A DNA stretch of 62,346 bases, the filler included, from Nemertoderma westbladi (lineage: Eukaryota; Animalia; Xenacoelomorpha): NCBI GenBank assembly GCA_032718475.1. It is 3 parts of 3 records of this genome, joined end to end, with 100 filler letters (N's around TTAATTAATTAA, not from the genome) between each part and the next. Parts side by side here need not be neighbours in the genome. Positions count along the whole stretch, not along the records: positions 17,337 to 43,245 come from JAUCBJ010008631.1; positions 43,346 to 62,346 come from JAUCBJ010008480.1; 1 more part is not named here. One strand, 5' to 3'. Position 1 is the first letter of the stretch; each line of letters begins with the position of its first letter. The notes beneath the pieces were generated by a model. That model searched no databases. It was not told where the DNA came from and saw only the letters and a program-made list of their open reading frames with translations. The position numbers were made by a program, and so were the translations under genes. Below, in pieces: positions 38,463 through 49,923 of the stretch.

Positions 38463-41129
38463 ACTACTACTACTACTAGGATCGGCATTTTTAAGAATGC
38501 TGTGCCGGCTTATCGACAAGATTGCACCGCCACAACTCCCTATCACCCATGACATTTGCTAGATCATCCGCATCTTCAAGGCCAGTGTCCTTTAAGATGC
38601 GTTTCAAGAAAGTCATGGGCTGTCCACCATGCTTATTCACTCCATGAGGCTGCCAAAGTACAAGATTATGCACTGGCTGGTCCTCACGGCGAAAGCAATG
38701 TCCTGCAAAGCGGAGGCGATTTTGTTCTAGTGTAAAGCTTGGGGGAACCAATGAGACACCTCTATACTGTTTTTGATGGTTTACAAATAATTTTTTTGAC
38801 TAAATAGAAATTGCATTATCAATTAAGTTTCCCCATTACAAACTGGTATTAAATATAGTAAATAATTATTCTATACAGTATACTAAATCATAGAAAGTTT
38901 GAATTTCGCGCCCAACATTTTTAAAAAGGGACATGTAACTTTGTCACTTTGTCATTGGTCAGTTTTAATTATTAAGAATGCTCTTTTGTGTTTTTCGTAC
39001 TTAAGCAGACTGCTAACTGCACAACTGCACAATAACAACAATTTCTCATTTTACCATTAATTATAATTATACCTGTTGTTTGTTCTTTCTCTGTGATTTC
39101 AAGTTAAATGTGAAATGCCATAAATCATAAATCTGTTATTGACTGACTGACTGATTCAATTAAATTGTCCGCCTACAATCTGAAAACGGACAATTTTCAA
39201 CATATGGCAGTGCAGTAGGCCTTTGGAAATAACATACAGGATAATGGAGTAGTTTTACCGGGAGCGATCTGCCGGCGATTCCACAGGCGAGAGGGTATGA
39301 GATGAAGCAAAATCCGGCCAGTATACCGGTATAATGAACAGGGAAGTATAGCCTATCGCCCAACGGTAGGCCTGCAACACTACACTGGAAGGGGTTCAAA
39401 ATTAAGCGAGGAACACTGGGGTTCATTTGGGGCAGGGGGGTGGGGTGCCTCTGGGTGGGGTGCAATACAGAAATATTCCTTCGACGGCTGAGACGGTTAT
39501 ATGCTGAATAATTAGGCCCTAGGATTTTTTGATTTAATTAGTACATTTTGGATTAAAGGTCGTATTACCGCATTAGATTATTGAACAGCCCAGCCCATTT
39601 CCAACCATTCCTAGTTTTGGGAGGGGAATCGACAGTAAAAAATAGGTGCTTCGATTCTACATTTTCATTTAGGATTATTTGGGGGACTAACAATTCTGAT
39701 TATATATATTTCTATCACTAGGCCGACTTTCGATTTTGGGGATAATTCACTGTCACACGGTGGGCTGGTTAGCTATTTGATCATCCATAATAGACAGACT
39801 CTCCCTTTTTCGGTTGGTTCATTGGAAGTATTACAGTTTTGGAGAAGCCAAAAATGACATTATTCGGAAATGGGACCTGCGTAAAAGCGGCTTATAGCCG
39901 ATAATGGCAGAACTCGGCTGTCAGATTTCAATTTATATTTATTACAAAATTAGTCCTATCTTATATTGAAAGTACTACGCTAAATCTAGATTACAATATA
40001 GCAAATTTAGCTTGACTCAGTCATGTGATATTTAAATGTGGGTATCACCTTTTTGCCTTAATTAGCAGCAACATTTAGAACATTTTAGAAATATTAGTTT
40101 TGCCTTGGAACGGGTGGTTTATTCAAACGCTGTAGGATATTAGTAAGCAATCTATCTGAGTCAATTCGAATCAGTAGTCGGCTTACATTTCGTTGTTCAA
40201 TGTTTTTTGAGCACAGAACGCAACAACCTCCAATGTTATATAGTGTCTGGTTGGAGATGTGTGCATTGTACTTGACACAATGAACCCGACGTAGCATTCT
40301 TGTGAATGTGCCATCCAGAGATTTGGTGCCCTCAGCAGTTAGAGCCCAGCATGGACTCCCATAGAGGAGTACTGGAACTACTGCTGCTCTAAATAATCGG
40401 ACCTTAAGTTTCCAATTAATTCTCGGTGACTTCCAAATCCTGGAAGCCTATTCAAGGCTACCCATGCCTTTCCCTTACGTATTCGAAGGTCCTCACCTGA
40501 GTTCCGGATCCATGATCCCAGGTAACAGAAGTCATCAACATGCTCAAGCATACCATCTTTTGAGCTTATGCTCATCCGATCTGAGACTTGCTGAGGACTT
40601 TCAAAGTTAACTGTCAAAATTTTGGTCTTTCTGGAGTTAATAAAAAGACCAACACTAGAAGCAGCATGTTCTAACGAGCTGAGGAGCCGTTGGGCTCCCT
40701 CTAGTGATTCTGAGAGTACTCCTAAGTCATCAGTAAAGTCTAGATCAGTTAGGTACTTGGCAGGATTTCCTCGACTACTGGAGCCAGTAGGTGGAGTTAT
40801 CATCACCCCATCATCATTATGATGATCTAAGGACATGCGTAGAACATAGTCAACAACAATTATGAACCAGAATGGTGCAAGTGTGTCTCCCTGGAGGACA
40901 CCCCATAACACTTCAAATGGTTCTGTGTCACCGTCAACAGTAGACACAAATGTTGTCGAACCATCGTATACTGATCTGATTGCTGCAATAATTTCATCAG
41001 GAATCCCATATAATGAAAGTATGCTGAGCATGAGCGAGAGACTGAATCAAAGGCCTTGAAGAAGTCAACAAAGATAACAGCCAGATGCCTGTCTTTCTTT
41101 TTTGATAACTCTTCAATTATCCTTCTAAT
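38463..41129 (-). mobile_element. 5'-truncated RTE family B (copy 4), itself interrupted at 38763-40225
   Basis: Reverse complement of the RTE 3' part with a (TAG)n tail at 38463-38478. 9-bp TSD GCGATGGTT at 38454-38462 and 41130-41138. Confidence 0.95.
38763..40225. mobile_element. 1.46-kb non-coding insertion with 5-bp TSD, solo-LTR-like
   Basis: TSD ACCTC at 38758-38762 and 40226-40230 splits the RTE precisely. Termini are TA...CA (TG...CA with one change). No clear TIR or ORF. Confidence 0.65.
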
Positions 41130-42226
41130 GCGATGGTTGGTTGCAGACATCCCGTAACAAGCGTATCAGCAGTAGTGTCCCACAGCCATAACCGAGCATG
41201 GCTGCCGGGTAACCCTGAGTGTAACCCTCCCTGCTCCAGATGGGCTTATCGGAGCCTTGTAGAAAGAGGGCATCGTGACCATTGTATGCATTGTACAGTT
41301 ACCGCGAACAGCGGTGCCAGTACAGCCGTGAGTTCCATAGGGCGACTGGCCGGCTCATGCTATTGAATGTGTTGGAAGCATCCACAAGGAGCATACACTC
41401 TGTTGCTGGGTCCTCATAGAGCTCGGACATGGCATGGTCTGCTCCGTCAATGCCTGCCTTCACCCCGGGTGCACAGCTGATCCGCACCACATTCAAGGAT
41501 AAAGTCGGACTTTGTTGCTGCCATGAGGCAGTTGGGGGGGGGGGGGGGGGGGTGCTTAGCAGAGAGAACGTCGCGCACCATGATCCCCGCTGGCTGTCCC
41601 TCAGCTTGGGCGTCAGTGTCCAGAATTCCCCCACTGTCTCTATCAGTAACCAGCCTCATCATTTCTTTTAAAATACAATTTTAATATCACAATATAACAA
41701 TACAGGAAGTATATCCATAATAATTCACAGCATTGTTAGGTACATGAGCGAAGAGAACATGTGATAATAAATTTAAGTGTGACTATGAGTATCAATATTA
41801 TTAAATATATTCGCATGACCTACTATCATGAAATTGGCTCAATTCAGCCCAATAGAACGCCTGTTTTATTTAGGGGTGAGGTTAGCTTCTCATTGGCCAC
41901 AGGCCTGGGATAATTTGAATCTTATCTTGTATAGTTTCTAATCTAATATAACTTATCAACTTTTGCATTATGGAGACAAATTTTTTCAAAATGGTGAATG
42001 AATATAAATGGTTGTGTTTAACAAAAAGTTGTGTATAAAATGAGAACATTTATCAAAGAAGTGCCCATATAAAGGAAAAAGAATGCAGCAAAAGAGAAGT
42101 TTATTCGAACAAAGGAACAACCCCTGGGGTCTGTACGCGTACGGGACTGCATGCCAGGGTCCACTCAGCCTTTCAACCACTGGGATCGATTAAATGAGCA
42201 CCAGTTGAATTACTGGGAGCAAAAAT

Positions 42227-42765
42227 TGGGATAGAAGTAGCTCCAACTCCTACCCTCGGGTAGCAGATAGGAGTAACGCCCACTCTTACCACTGGGTAGC
42301 AGATAGGAGTAGCGTCCACCCCTACCTTCGGGTAGCAGATAGGAGTAGCGTCCACCCCTACCCTCGGGTAACAGATGTGAGTAGCGCCCACCCCTACCTT
42401 CGGGTAGCAGATATGAGTACCACCCACCCCTACCTTCGGGTAGCAGATAGGAGTAGCGTCTACCCATACCTTCAGGTAGCAGATAGGAGTAGCGCCCACC
42501 CCTACCTTCGGGTAGCAGATAGGAGTAGCGTCCACCCCTACCCTCGGGTAACAGATGTGAGTAGCGCCCACCCCTACCTTCGGGTAGCAGCTAGAAATAG
42601 CTCCCACACCTACCTTCGGGTAGCAGATAGGAGTAGCGCCCACCCCTACCTTCGGGTAGCAGATAGGAGTAGCGCCCACCCCTACCTTCGGGTAGCAGAT
42701 AGGTGTAGCACCCACCCATACCTTTGGGTAGCAGATAGGTGTAGCACCCACCGCAACCCTCGGGT
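42227..42765. repeat. 36-bp minisatellite (~14.5 copies), each unit with a CTACC-TTCG-GGTAG hairpin
   Basis: Consensus GGGTAGCAGATAGGAGTAGCGCCCACCCCTACCTTC; 12-aa periodicity in the ORF track. Confidence 0.95.
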
Positions 42766-42903
42766 CCTAGCTATCGAAAGAGGAGCCTTCGGGTCACCTC
42801 CGGCTTCACCATCTATTTTATTTATGTAAATCTACTTCGCTGCGCACGCGCAGTACATAAATACACTTGGGTCATAACGATGGAAAGTGCTACATTCACT
42901 AAC

Positions 42904-43245
42904 CCATCGAAGTCAACTTCTTCAGGGATAATAGGCCCAACTGTAGTTAATGAATTAGCTGTAGATGGTTCAGCAGCTGTTGTTGGTTCAGCAGTTGTTG
43001 GTGGTACAGCTGTTGTTGGTTCAGCAGTTGTTGGTTCAGCTGTTGTTGTTTCAGCTGTAGTGGGTTCAGCTGTTGTTGGTTCAGCTGTAGTTGGTTCAGC
43101 TGTTGTTGGTTCAGCTGTTGTTGTTGGTTCAGTTGTTGTTGTTGGTTCAGCTGTTGTTGTTGGTTCAGCTGTTGTTGTTGGTTCAGCTGTTGTTGTTGGT
43201 TCAGCTGTTGTTGTTGGTTCAGCTGTTGTTGTTGGTTCAGCTGTT
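42904..43245 (-). CDS. Probable mucin-like (PTT(T)AE)n exon of a host gene, truncated by the contig gap
   Basis: The minus strand reads TAEPTTTAEP...AEPSTANSLTTVGPIIPEEVDFDG, then a donor-like G|GTTAGT at 42904/42903. 15/18-bp codon-phased repeats. Confidence 0.6.
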
Positions 43246-43345
43246 NNNNNNNNNNNNNNNNNNNNNNNNNNNNNNNNNNNNNNNNNNNNTTAATTAATTA
43301 ANNNNNNNNNNNNNNNNNNNNNNNNNNNNNNNNNNNNNNNNNNNN
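43246..43345. other. Artificial contig spacer
   Basis: 44 N + TTAATTAATTAA + 44 N. Confidence 0.98.
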
Positions 43346-44430
43346 AATACTGTCAGTCGAATAATACATTAGGCTTACATAGCAATAAAAATTAAACCGT
43401 CGAACCCAATCTCCCGGGAATATCCAGCGGGTGAATGGTCGAGCACGGATTGGTTTCGACTAGTGTAGTGAATCAAATACTTGTCATAGACTAAAAAACA
43501 GATTTAATATCTAGAAGACATCTTAATTTGGTGGGTTAAACTGCCAAAGGTCTGAAAGCGCGAACACGATCCACAATATTATTCAATCCTTACGAAATCA
43601 TTCAACCTCAATAATAACGGCTGACTGTATTAATTTACAAAATATTTCTGAGTCACAATCTGGAATTCGATCAATTCCACCTAACGCATGAATTAAATTC
43701 GTAATTAACTTAACTGGAGAAATATTGTTTCTTTTTCAGACCAGAAATCTTTCATATATTAAAATATAGTTAATAAATTGTAATTTAAATACAGCACATA
43801 TAATTATATGATAAGCAAGTAGGCGACAAATAATTACAGATAGCAGATAATATCAATCATTACGATATTAATCATAATATGTCGAAGTAAGGCAATCTAA
43901 TCATCCATGTACCAAAGCCATTTATAAAATAAAGTGATATATTCTTATTAATTTAATTTATAAAATCTTGAAAAATTGAGCGTGATATTATTAAACCTAT
44001 TATACTTAGTATCTCAATAGCATACACACTCAGTTTATTTGACAATACTTTGGATTGGCTTACAGGTCTAATGTTTTGGTAATTTTTAGTTTTTGTTACA
44101 TTATGTCAACTTATCAGCGGTCTGGGGAATTGCGGGTGCGGCCTATAGTACAGAACGCTGCAAAGTAATCAATGACATGGAAACAACTTCAATTACCGTA
44201 TTCCAGAATGTATTATTTCCATTTATGTTAAGGAGTGCTGCTTTATTATCCAGTTTGCAGCTGACGAGACTAGCTACTGTATGTAAATAATTGTTTAACG
44301 CGTTCTGTATTCCATAATGTCGAAAAAACCAAGGTACGATAATGAACCCAATTTAAATGCCCAAACGATATAATGATAATGGATCCTTATTATTTCAGAA
44401 CGCTGACTACATTGACATATGTAACAAAAT

Positions 44431-44562
44431 TACACATCTTTGTGTGCAAAGGGCACTATTTAGCAATAAAGACCCTTGTTTGTTATGTAAACCTCCCTCG
44501 CTGCGCTTACTCGGTACATAAATAAACTCGGGTCATAAAGCTATTTTGCACACAATGATGTA
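44431..44562. mobile_element. Short fold-back (MITE-like) element; related partial copy at about 42815-42880
   Basis: ACATCTTTGTGTGCAAA...TTTGCACACAATGATGT and GACCC..TTATGTA / TACATAA..GGGTC inverted arms. The core TCGCTGCGC..GTACATAAATA..GGGTCATAA is shared with 42837-42877. Confidence 0.6.
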
Positions 44563-44712
44563 AAGAGTCACTATTTATTTATTTGCTCCATTAAGATTTT
44601 TGTATAGCTCTTAAAATCTAAATATCAAATAAAACAAACTTCACACTGCAAGGATGAGGTCAGATACAGCAGATATGTAATATAAATATTAATTACATAA
44701 CCAGTGTTGGGG

Positions 44713-45926
44713 AAAGGCCCGTTTCCGCGCTGCTTTTTTATGTGCGGTATTCTGAGCTTTTTCTAGTTTTTTTTTCAAGCTTTTTTTGAGCTTTTTTCAA
44801 GCTTGTTATGCCTTTTCTAACGTTTTCTCAGTTAAAATTAAGATATAAGGGGACATTCATAAATGACGTCACATTTTTTAAAGACATTTTTGACCCCCCC
44901 CCCCCCCCCTCCCCTTCGTCACAAATCGTCACGAAATTGCTAACACCCCCCCCCCCTCCCCAATGTCACGTCACACTATATCAAATTAAATGATTAGAAT
45001 ATCTTCATAATCTTATATTATTAGAACAATAAATCTGGAATAAATTTGTTAACTATAAACTATAGCTATACACTAACATTATAAATTACAGTAATACGAG
45101 TTTTTCAGACATGCTCCCGTGGGTACGACAGGGTCATGCTTATAATGGCCATTGGTATAATGGCCATTGGTGAGACATCAGCTACTGGGTGTGGGTTCGC
45201 AGGGGATTGATAATCACAACGGGTTTTGGAACTACCGCTAACATGAAGGGATGTAAGATTTTTAGTAAAACTTTCAATGCAAAGTAAAGATGACATTCTT
45301 TACAAACACGCTCTCTAATTTTACCAATTATGGAAGGGCAGTAGAGGTCGTAGGTAAGATTTTAAAGGTTGTCATTGGAAGAGGTAATAGTTTAATGGTA
45401 AACACGTTAATAGTATACACGTTTTATAGTATACAAGTATACACGTTATGTATTTAATATACAGTAATTTTATCGGAAACTTATAATGTGACGTCACAAA
45501 TCGTCACGAAATACCAAAATTAAAAAAAAAAATACCTGTCATTTATGTCATTTATGGATGGCCCCTAATATGAATTTTCTAGAATTAGATAATTATGATA
45601 TTCGACCCAGCTGTTTTTTGAGCTGTTTTTCTATCTTTTTTTTGAGCTTTTTTGAGCTGTTTTTCTATCTTTTTTTTGAGCTTTTTTGAGCTGTTTTTCT
45701 ATCTTTTTTTGAGCTTTTTTTGAGCTGTTTTTCTATCTTTTTTTTGAGCTTTTTTTCAAGCTTTATTATAAGCTTTTTTTGGAACTTTATTCCATATTTT
45801 TTTGTGTATTGTTTTAACATTCCAAAATTCTCAGATTCATCTTGAGGCAATGAATTTCTAGAAATTGTTTTAACTAAAAAAAAGCTTGAAATAAAGTTAA
45901 AAAAAGCAGCGCGGAAACGGGCCTTT
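44713..45926. mobile_element. Non-autonomous TIR element (PIF/Harbinger-like MITE)
   Basis: 27-bp perfect TIR AAAGGCCCGTTTCCGCGCTGCTTTTTT (44713-44739 / 45900-45926); internal T-rich tandem repeats at 45608-45760; TSD not clean. Confidence 0.8.
44849..45565. mobile_element. Nested PIF/Harbinger MITE with TAA TSD
   Basis: TAA|GGGGACATTCATAAATGACGT ... ATGTCATTTATGGATGGCCCC|TAA. Confidence 0.85.
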
Positions 45927-47076
45927 AGTAACTTAGGACGGTCGGTTTCAGCACTATACAAAATTATTCTGTCCACCGATTAGGTCCATATATAAGATCA
46001 ATTATTCGTTTTTATTAATAATTTTAATCACTATAAAGCGGATTAATTACCTTTGATTAAGAATTTGACTCCTACAACATTACAATTCCTTATTATAAAT
46101 ATTGCAAATGAACAAACTGCAAATATATGAATAATTAATTTCAATTATGATAATTTAATTACTCAAGAAAAACTGCGAACCTATAAAAATAAAATATGTA
46201 CCGAACATAAGAATAAAATCACACAACTGCCCCTCGTAAACTGCTAATTAAAAACAATACAAATATTTAATAAAAGTAAACTTTAGCACTAAATGTTAAC
46301 AATAAGATTCCAAATAGAACTACAATAACATAACAATGACTGACCTATACTGCAAAATATTACCTAACATGAATATCAATCAATAAAATTTATTCCATTA
46401 TTAAGATTACAGATATATAATATACAAAAGGCACTGCATTGAGTAACTGAGTAGCTGAATTCGCATGTTAGAATACCGGAAAAATAAACCCCCGGCATAC
46501 AGGGATGGGCCATGGAGTGGCGAGTGACCATGATGTCGGACGTTGGATTTGGTAATCAGACACTGTGTATAACGGGCGAGAATTGGTAAACGTTGCCCAA
46601 TGAGTGCATGGGATATATAATGCGGACGCATAGAGTAGCGAGAGTTGTTGAAAACATATTAAACTTAACATAGAAACAAACAGAGAAACTGGAGGTATTG
46701 ATTGGTTGGCTAACTGGTTATATTTACAATTAGCAGAAATTGTAATTAGTATGATTTGTGAAACGGGCTCAAAACAAGAACATAACAGGACAAATAGTGT
46801 CTGCTGTGCCAAGGAATATCTGGAGGACAATTACTTCAATAATTGATATGGAAATATTTTCTAAATACTTTCCAAGGTTGCTAAAGTACCCTTAATTATT
46901 AATTAAGTGAGTCAAAAGTTCAGCTGTGGAGAAACTTTGAGCGCAAACTCATCCACTGGTGGCCTATAGATCAGCTATCACACAAATGGAATAATAACAC
47001 AATATTAATTGCAACAATTCTCTCGTATCACACAACTGCTGGTCAAACAGCAATGTTTGTCACACAGCTATGTCGG

Positions 47077-49923
47077 TCACACAATAATGTCGGCTGTTCG
47101 AGTCGGCAGTTGTCCGACAACAAATGGCCTACGACTGGACGCAGTGAGGCGGTCTGAGTAGACGGACTGGCACAGGTTGGGATTGGGGGACCCATTGCCA
47201 CTGTCCGATTGGTTGAACTGACTCAGGAAGTCTAGAGACCCACTATTGGAATAGTTACCGCTCTCCGGAGATCCGTTTCTGGGCAACAGTTCTAGAACAT
47301 CTGAGTGACTATGAGAGCTGGGAGGGGGATTAGCGTTGTCGACTATTCGGTATTGGGTGGGATCGACGAATGTATGCCACTGAGGCTCGCGATTTGGGCA
47401 CCGATTGGGATTCCATACTGGAGGGATTTCCGTCTCCTCAACGAACGCGGGTTTAATCGTCCGACCGACACAGAATCTCCGATAAAAGTAGGAGATAATT
47501 ATTATTAAAAATATTAGAAAAGAAACAGTTCCTATTGCCGCGATGGCCCCAACTGGTGCCGGACTGGAAGTCCTCTCGCATTGCGACACCGATTCCGATG
47601 GTTCGCTCGCATTACCTAGCAACACGCTACCACTGTGTGTCTCCATGGAAACAGCGCGGACTACATAGACATAGGAGAACTCCATGTCGCCATGGCAATC
47701 GACATCGAGGTCGACCCAGGTTTGGTTCCCGGGGACCTCCGAGAACTGCGCCCAATCAGCGGCCTCGCTGGTCCGCCTATAGACGCGGTACGCGCTGATT
47801 GGTCCGTTTATGATTAGCGGCGGTTCCCAAGTCAACCGTGCGTTGTTTGCTCCGTAGCTATGGGCGACGGGGGCTCCAACGGTTCCGGGTACACCGACCG
47901 GTGTGCGAACCAACACCTCGGCGGTCCAAGGTCCACATAGAAACCCCAGGTCTACGCCTGTAACGCACGCTGCTACTCTAATAGCGTAGCTAGTGAACCC
48001 AACAACCGGTATAGTCACGTTGACAACGCTCTGGGGACTGTGAACGGGAACGTTCCTGGTCAGAACGTTCCCTTCCTCGCTGTGGTACTCGAGTTTATAG
48101 AGGACGACGTTCCCATTGGGACGCCACGGTGGGGACCACCGCAGAGTCATGCGGGTCGCAGTCGCCATGACGACGTGTACGGATACGGGCGGGTCTGCAG
48201 GAGCGGCGGGGCGGGTTCGCAGGACGACGGGAGCGCTGTAGGGGCCAGAGCCGACGACCGTGGTCGCGGCAACCGAGAGGGAGTAACGGGTGTGGGGGGT
48301 CAGGGATGGGAGGAGGGCGGAGAGGGTTGAGTTGGAGAGGTCGGTGGTGGTGCAGTCGTGGGGACTGCTAGGGGGCACCATGGGGGGACTGCTAGGAGGT
48401 CCCGTGCAGCACCTCACTCTGTACCCGAGCAATCGCCCTCCTGCATTCAGGATATCCACAGGTTCCCACCGGATCTCCAACTCGGTGTCGCTAACTACCG
48501 AGTATTCTAGAACGTTAGGCGGTGCCGTTGGGCTGCCGGGGGAAGTCTCAGCTGTGAAGGGACCGGTAGGCGTCCCGCAGCCCGCCGGCGTGCAGGTAGA
48601 CAACCAGACGCAGTAGAGGTAGGGGCCGTCCGGGACGAGCACAGCGAGGGAGGCGGTACCGGGGGCCACGCGAGTCGCCTTGCCAGTATCCAGTCCGGAG
48701 CAGTCGGAGACGAGCGGGCGGTAGATGACCGAGATCCAAAGGGACGACGAAGGTCGCCAAGAAACGGAGAACCCGCGGGGGTCCGACAGGGGGGACAGTC
48801 GGACATTGTCGGTGGGAGCGGGTAGACGAGAGTACCCCGGGAGCGTTATAGTCTGGGTTGGGGAGGAGGAAACTGCGTTGTAGACAGAAACTGAAACTAA
48901 ATAAGTTACATTGTAATCCAGCCCAGTTATATTGTATTCGGTGACGTCACCGTATATCCGATGGGTGGTTGCGTCACAGAGATCGCAGGAAGTCGGATGC
49001 CAGCTGAGTAGCGATGACGTCATTGGTCCGTTCATATCAGACGGAGAGATGGACCATTTGACCCGGACGTCCCGGACAGTCTGCCCGTCTGATACGCGGT
49101 ACACAGTATAGACGATAGAGGGCGCCCGGGCGGGGGCCATCTGGTACGTGGAGACCACCACGGGCGCCGTGGTCCCCCCGGAACCAACCCGGTAGAGGGA
49201 GCCAACGGTAACCGCGTAACTCCGGTAGGCGTCGCACTCGGTTGCTATGGATACCGCATCGGGTACTGGGATCGGGTCCATCGGCTCGTAGCGCTCCGTA
49301 ACGCCATCTAGCGGTCCTTTGAACGCGCCCGGCCCCAAGTCGTACAAACTAACGGAATACGTGACTCCGGTTAGCGGCCCAGGAATTCCCGATGACCAAC
49401 TTATATTCAGTAAACAGGAATCACCGGTAACTTCCTTTACGGAAAGGTTTATCGGAGGAGATAAAACTAAATCTTTATAAACATCAACAGAAGCCGCCGC
49501 TAGAGGCGTCCATTTATCGTAGAGCTTTATACTGAGTCGGAAATCGAAGTTCACTAAACTCGCAAACTCGTAAACACTGCAGTTGTACTGTCCTCCTGAA
49601 GACGACTCTATTATCGGTTCGATTGTTCTTCGAAAAGGATTGGGTTTCTCTTTAGGAATTAAATCGGCGTCTTTATATTCTAGTTTATAATATTGGCTGT
49701 AACCTGGTCTACCGACCCATTCGCAGTAAACGCTACTTGTAGTCTTTGAGTGACAGGTAAGATTGGGTTCCGGTACCTGTAAGCCGTGACCACTTGGAAC
49801 AATAAAGACGGAAATGAATGATAATAGGCCTATGATGGAGAATTCCCTGAATGTCATCACAGCGTAACAGCACTTCAGCACATGCTGACATGCCTTGTCG
49901 TTGTTGGCAAAGCGTTCTATCAT
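47077..49923 (-). CDS. Type I membrane receptor with multiple FN3 domains; class I cytokine receptor-like (gp130/Domeless-type architecture); single coding exon
   Basis: 948-aa ORF. Signal peptide from Met23 (49857); NLTCHSKTTSSVYCEW (C-x9-C-x-W); about 7 FN3 repeats (e.g. LRWSPPWRPNGNVVLY, LTWEPPLIINGPISAY); TM helix AIAAIGTVSFLIFLIIIISYFY; ~130-aa tail with Pro-rich IPPVWNP. Acceptor TTTAAG|G lies 2 nt before the first ATG. Confidence 0.85.
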   Translation of the reverse strand: MIERFANNDKACQHVLKCCYAVMTFREFSIIGLLSFISVFIVPSGHGLQVPEPNLTCHSKTTSSVYCEWVGRPGYSQYYKLEYKDADLIPKEKPNPFRRTIEPIIESSSGGQYNCSVYEFASLVNFDFRLSIKLYDKWTPLAAASVDVYKDLVLSPPINLSVKEVTGDSCLLNISWSSGIPGPLTGVTYSVSLYDLGPGAFKGPLDGVTERYEPMDPIPVPDAVSIATECDAYRSYAVTVGSLYRVGSGGTTAPVVVSTYQMAPARAPSIVYTVYRVSDGQTVRDVRVKWSISPSDMNGPMTSSLLSWHPTSCDLCDATTHRIYGDVTEYNITGLDYNVTYLVSVSVYNAVSSSPTQTITLPGYSRLPAPTDNVRLSPLSDPRGFSVSWRPSSSLWISVIYRPLVSDCSGLDTGKATRVAPGTASLAVLVPDGPYLYCVWLSTCTPAGCGTPTGPFTAETSPGSPTAPPNVLEYSVVSDTELEIRWEPVDILNAGGRLLGYRVRCCTGPPSSPPMVPPSSPHDCTTTDLSNSTLSALLPSLTPHTRYSLSVAATTVVGSGPYSAPVVLRTRPAAPADPPVSVHVVMATATRMTLRWSPPWRPNGNVVLYKLEYHSEEGNVLTRNVPVHSPQSVVNVTIPVVGFTSYAIRVAACVTGVDLGFLCGPWTAEVLVRTPVGVPGTVGAPVAHSYGANNARLTWEPPLIINGPISAYRVYRRTSEAADWAQFSEVPGNQTWVDLDVDCHGDMEFSYVYVVRAVSMETHSGSVLLGNASEPSESVSQCERTSSPAPVGAIAAIGTVSFLIFLIIIISYFYRRFCVGRTIKPAFVEETEIPPVWNPNRCPNREPQWHTFVDPTQYRIVDNANPPPSSHSHSDVLELLPRNGSPESGNYSNSGSLDFLSQFNQSDSGNGSPNPNLCQSVYSDRLTASSRRPFVVGQLPTRTADIIV

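Larger units (their letters stand above)
36709..41660 (-). mobile_element. Rearranged, decayed CRE-clade LINE (RT, CCHC, RLE), interrupted by RTE copy 4
   Basis: CGADQLC and LLVDASNTFNS (41299-41500); QYWYA(DD) near 38245; LPVHHGGIGI; CEGCGAPFTTAHALNC, QRHNELR, ADLLARGVW, FDIV, FTPLV. Confidence 0.85.

Noticed and set aside
42227-42765. CRISPR array
   Set aside because: Head-to-tail repeats with no unique spacers, no cas genes and a eukaryotic context. The same applies to the 34-bp and 74-bp arrays.
42880-43297. Plus-strand hydrophobic repeat proteins (VVGSA)n and (VQLLLL)n
   Set aside because: Antisense shadows of the mucin-like repeat.
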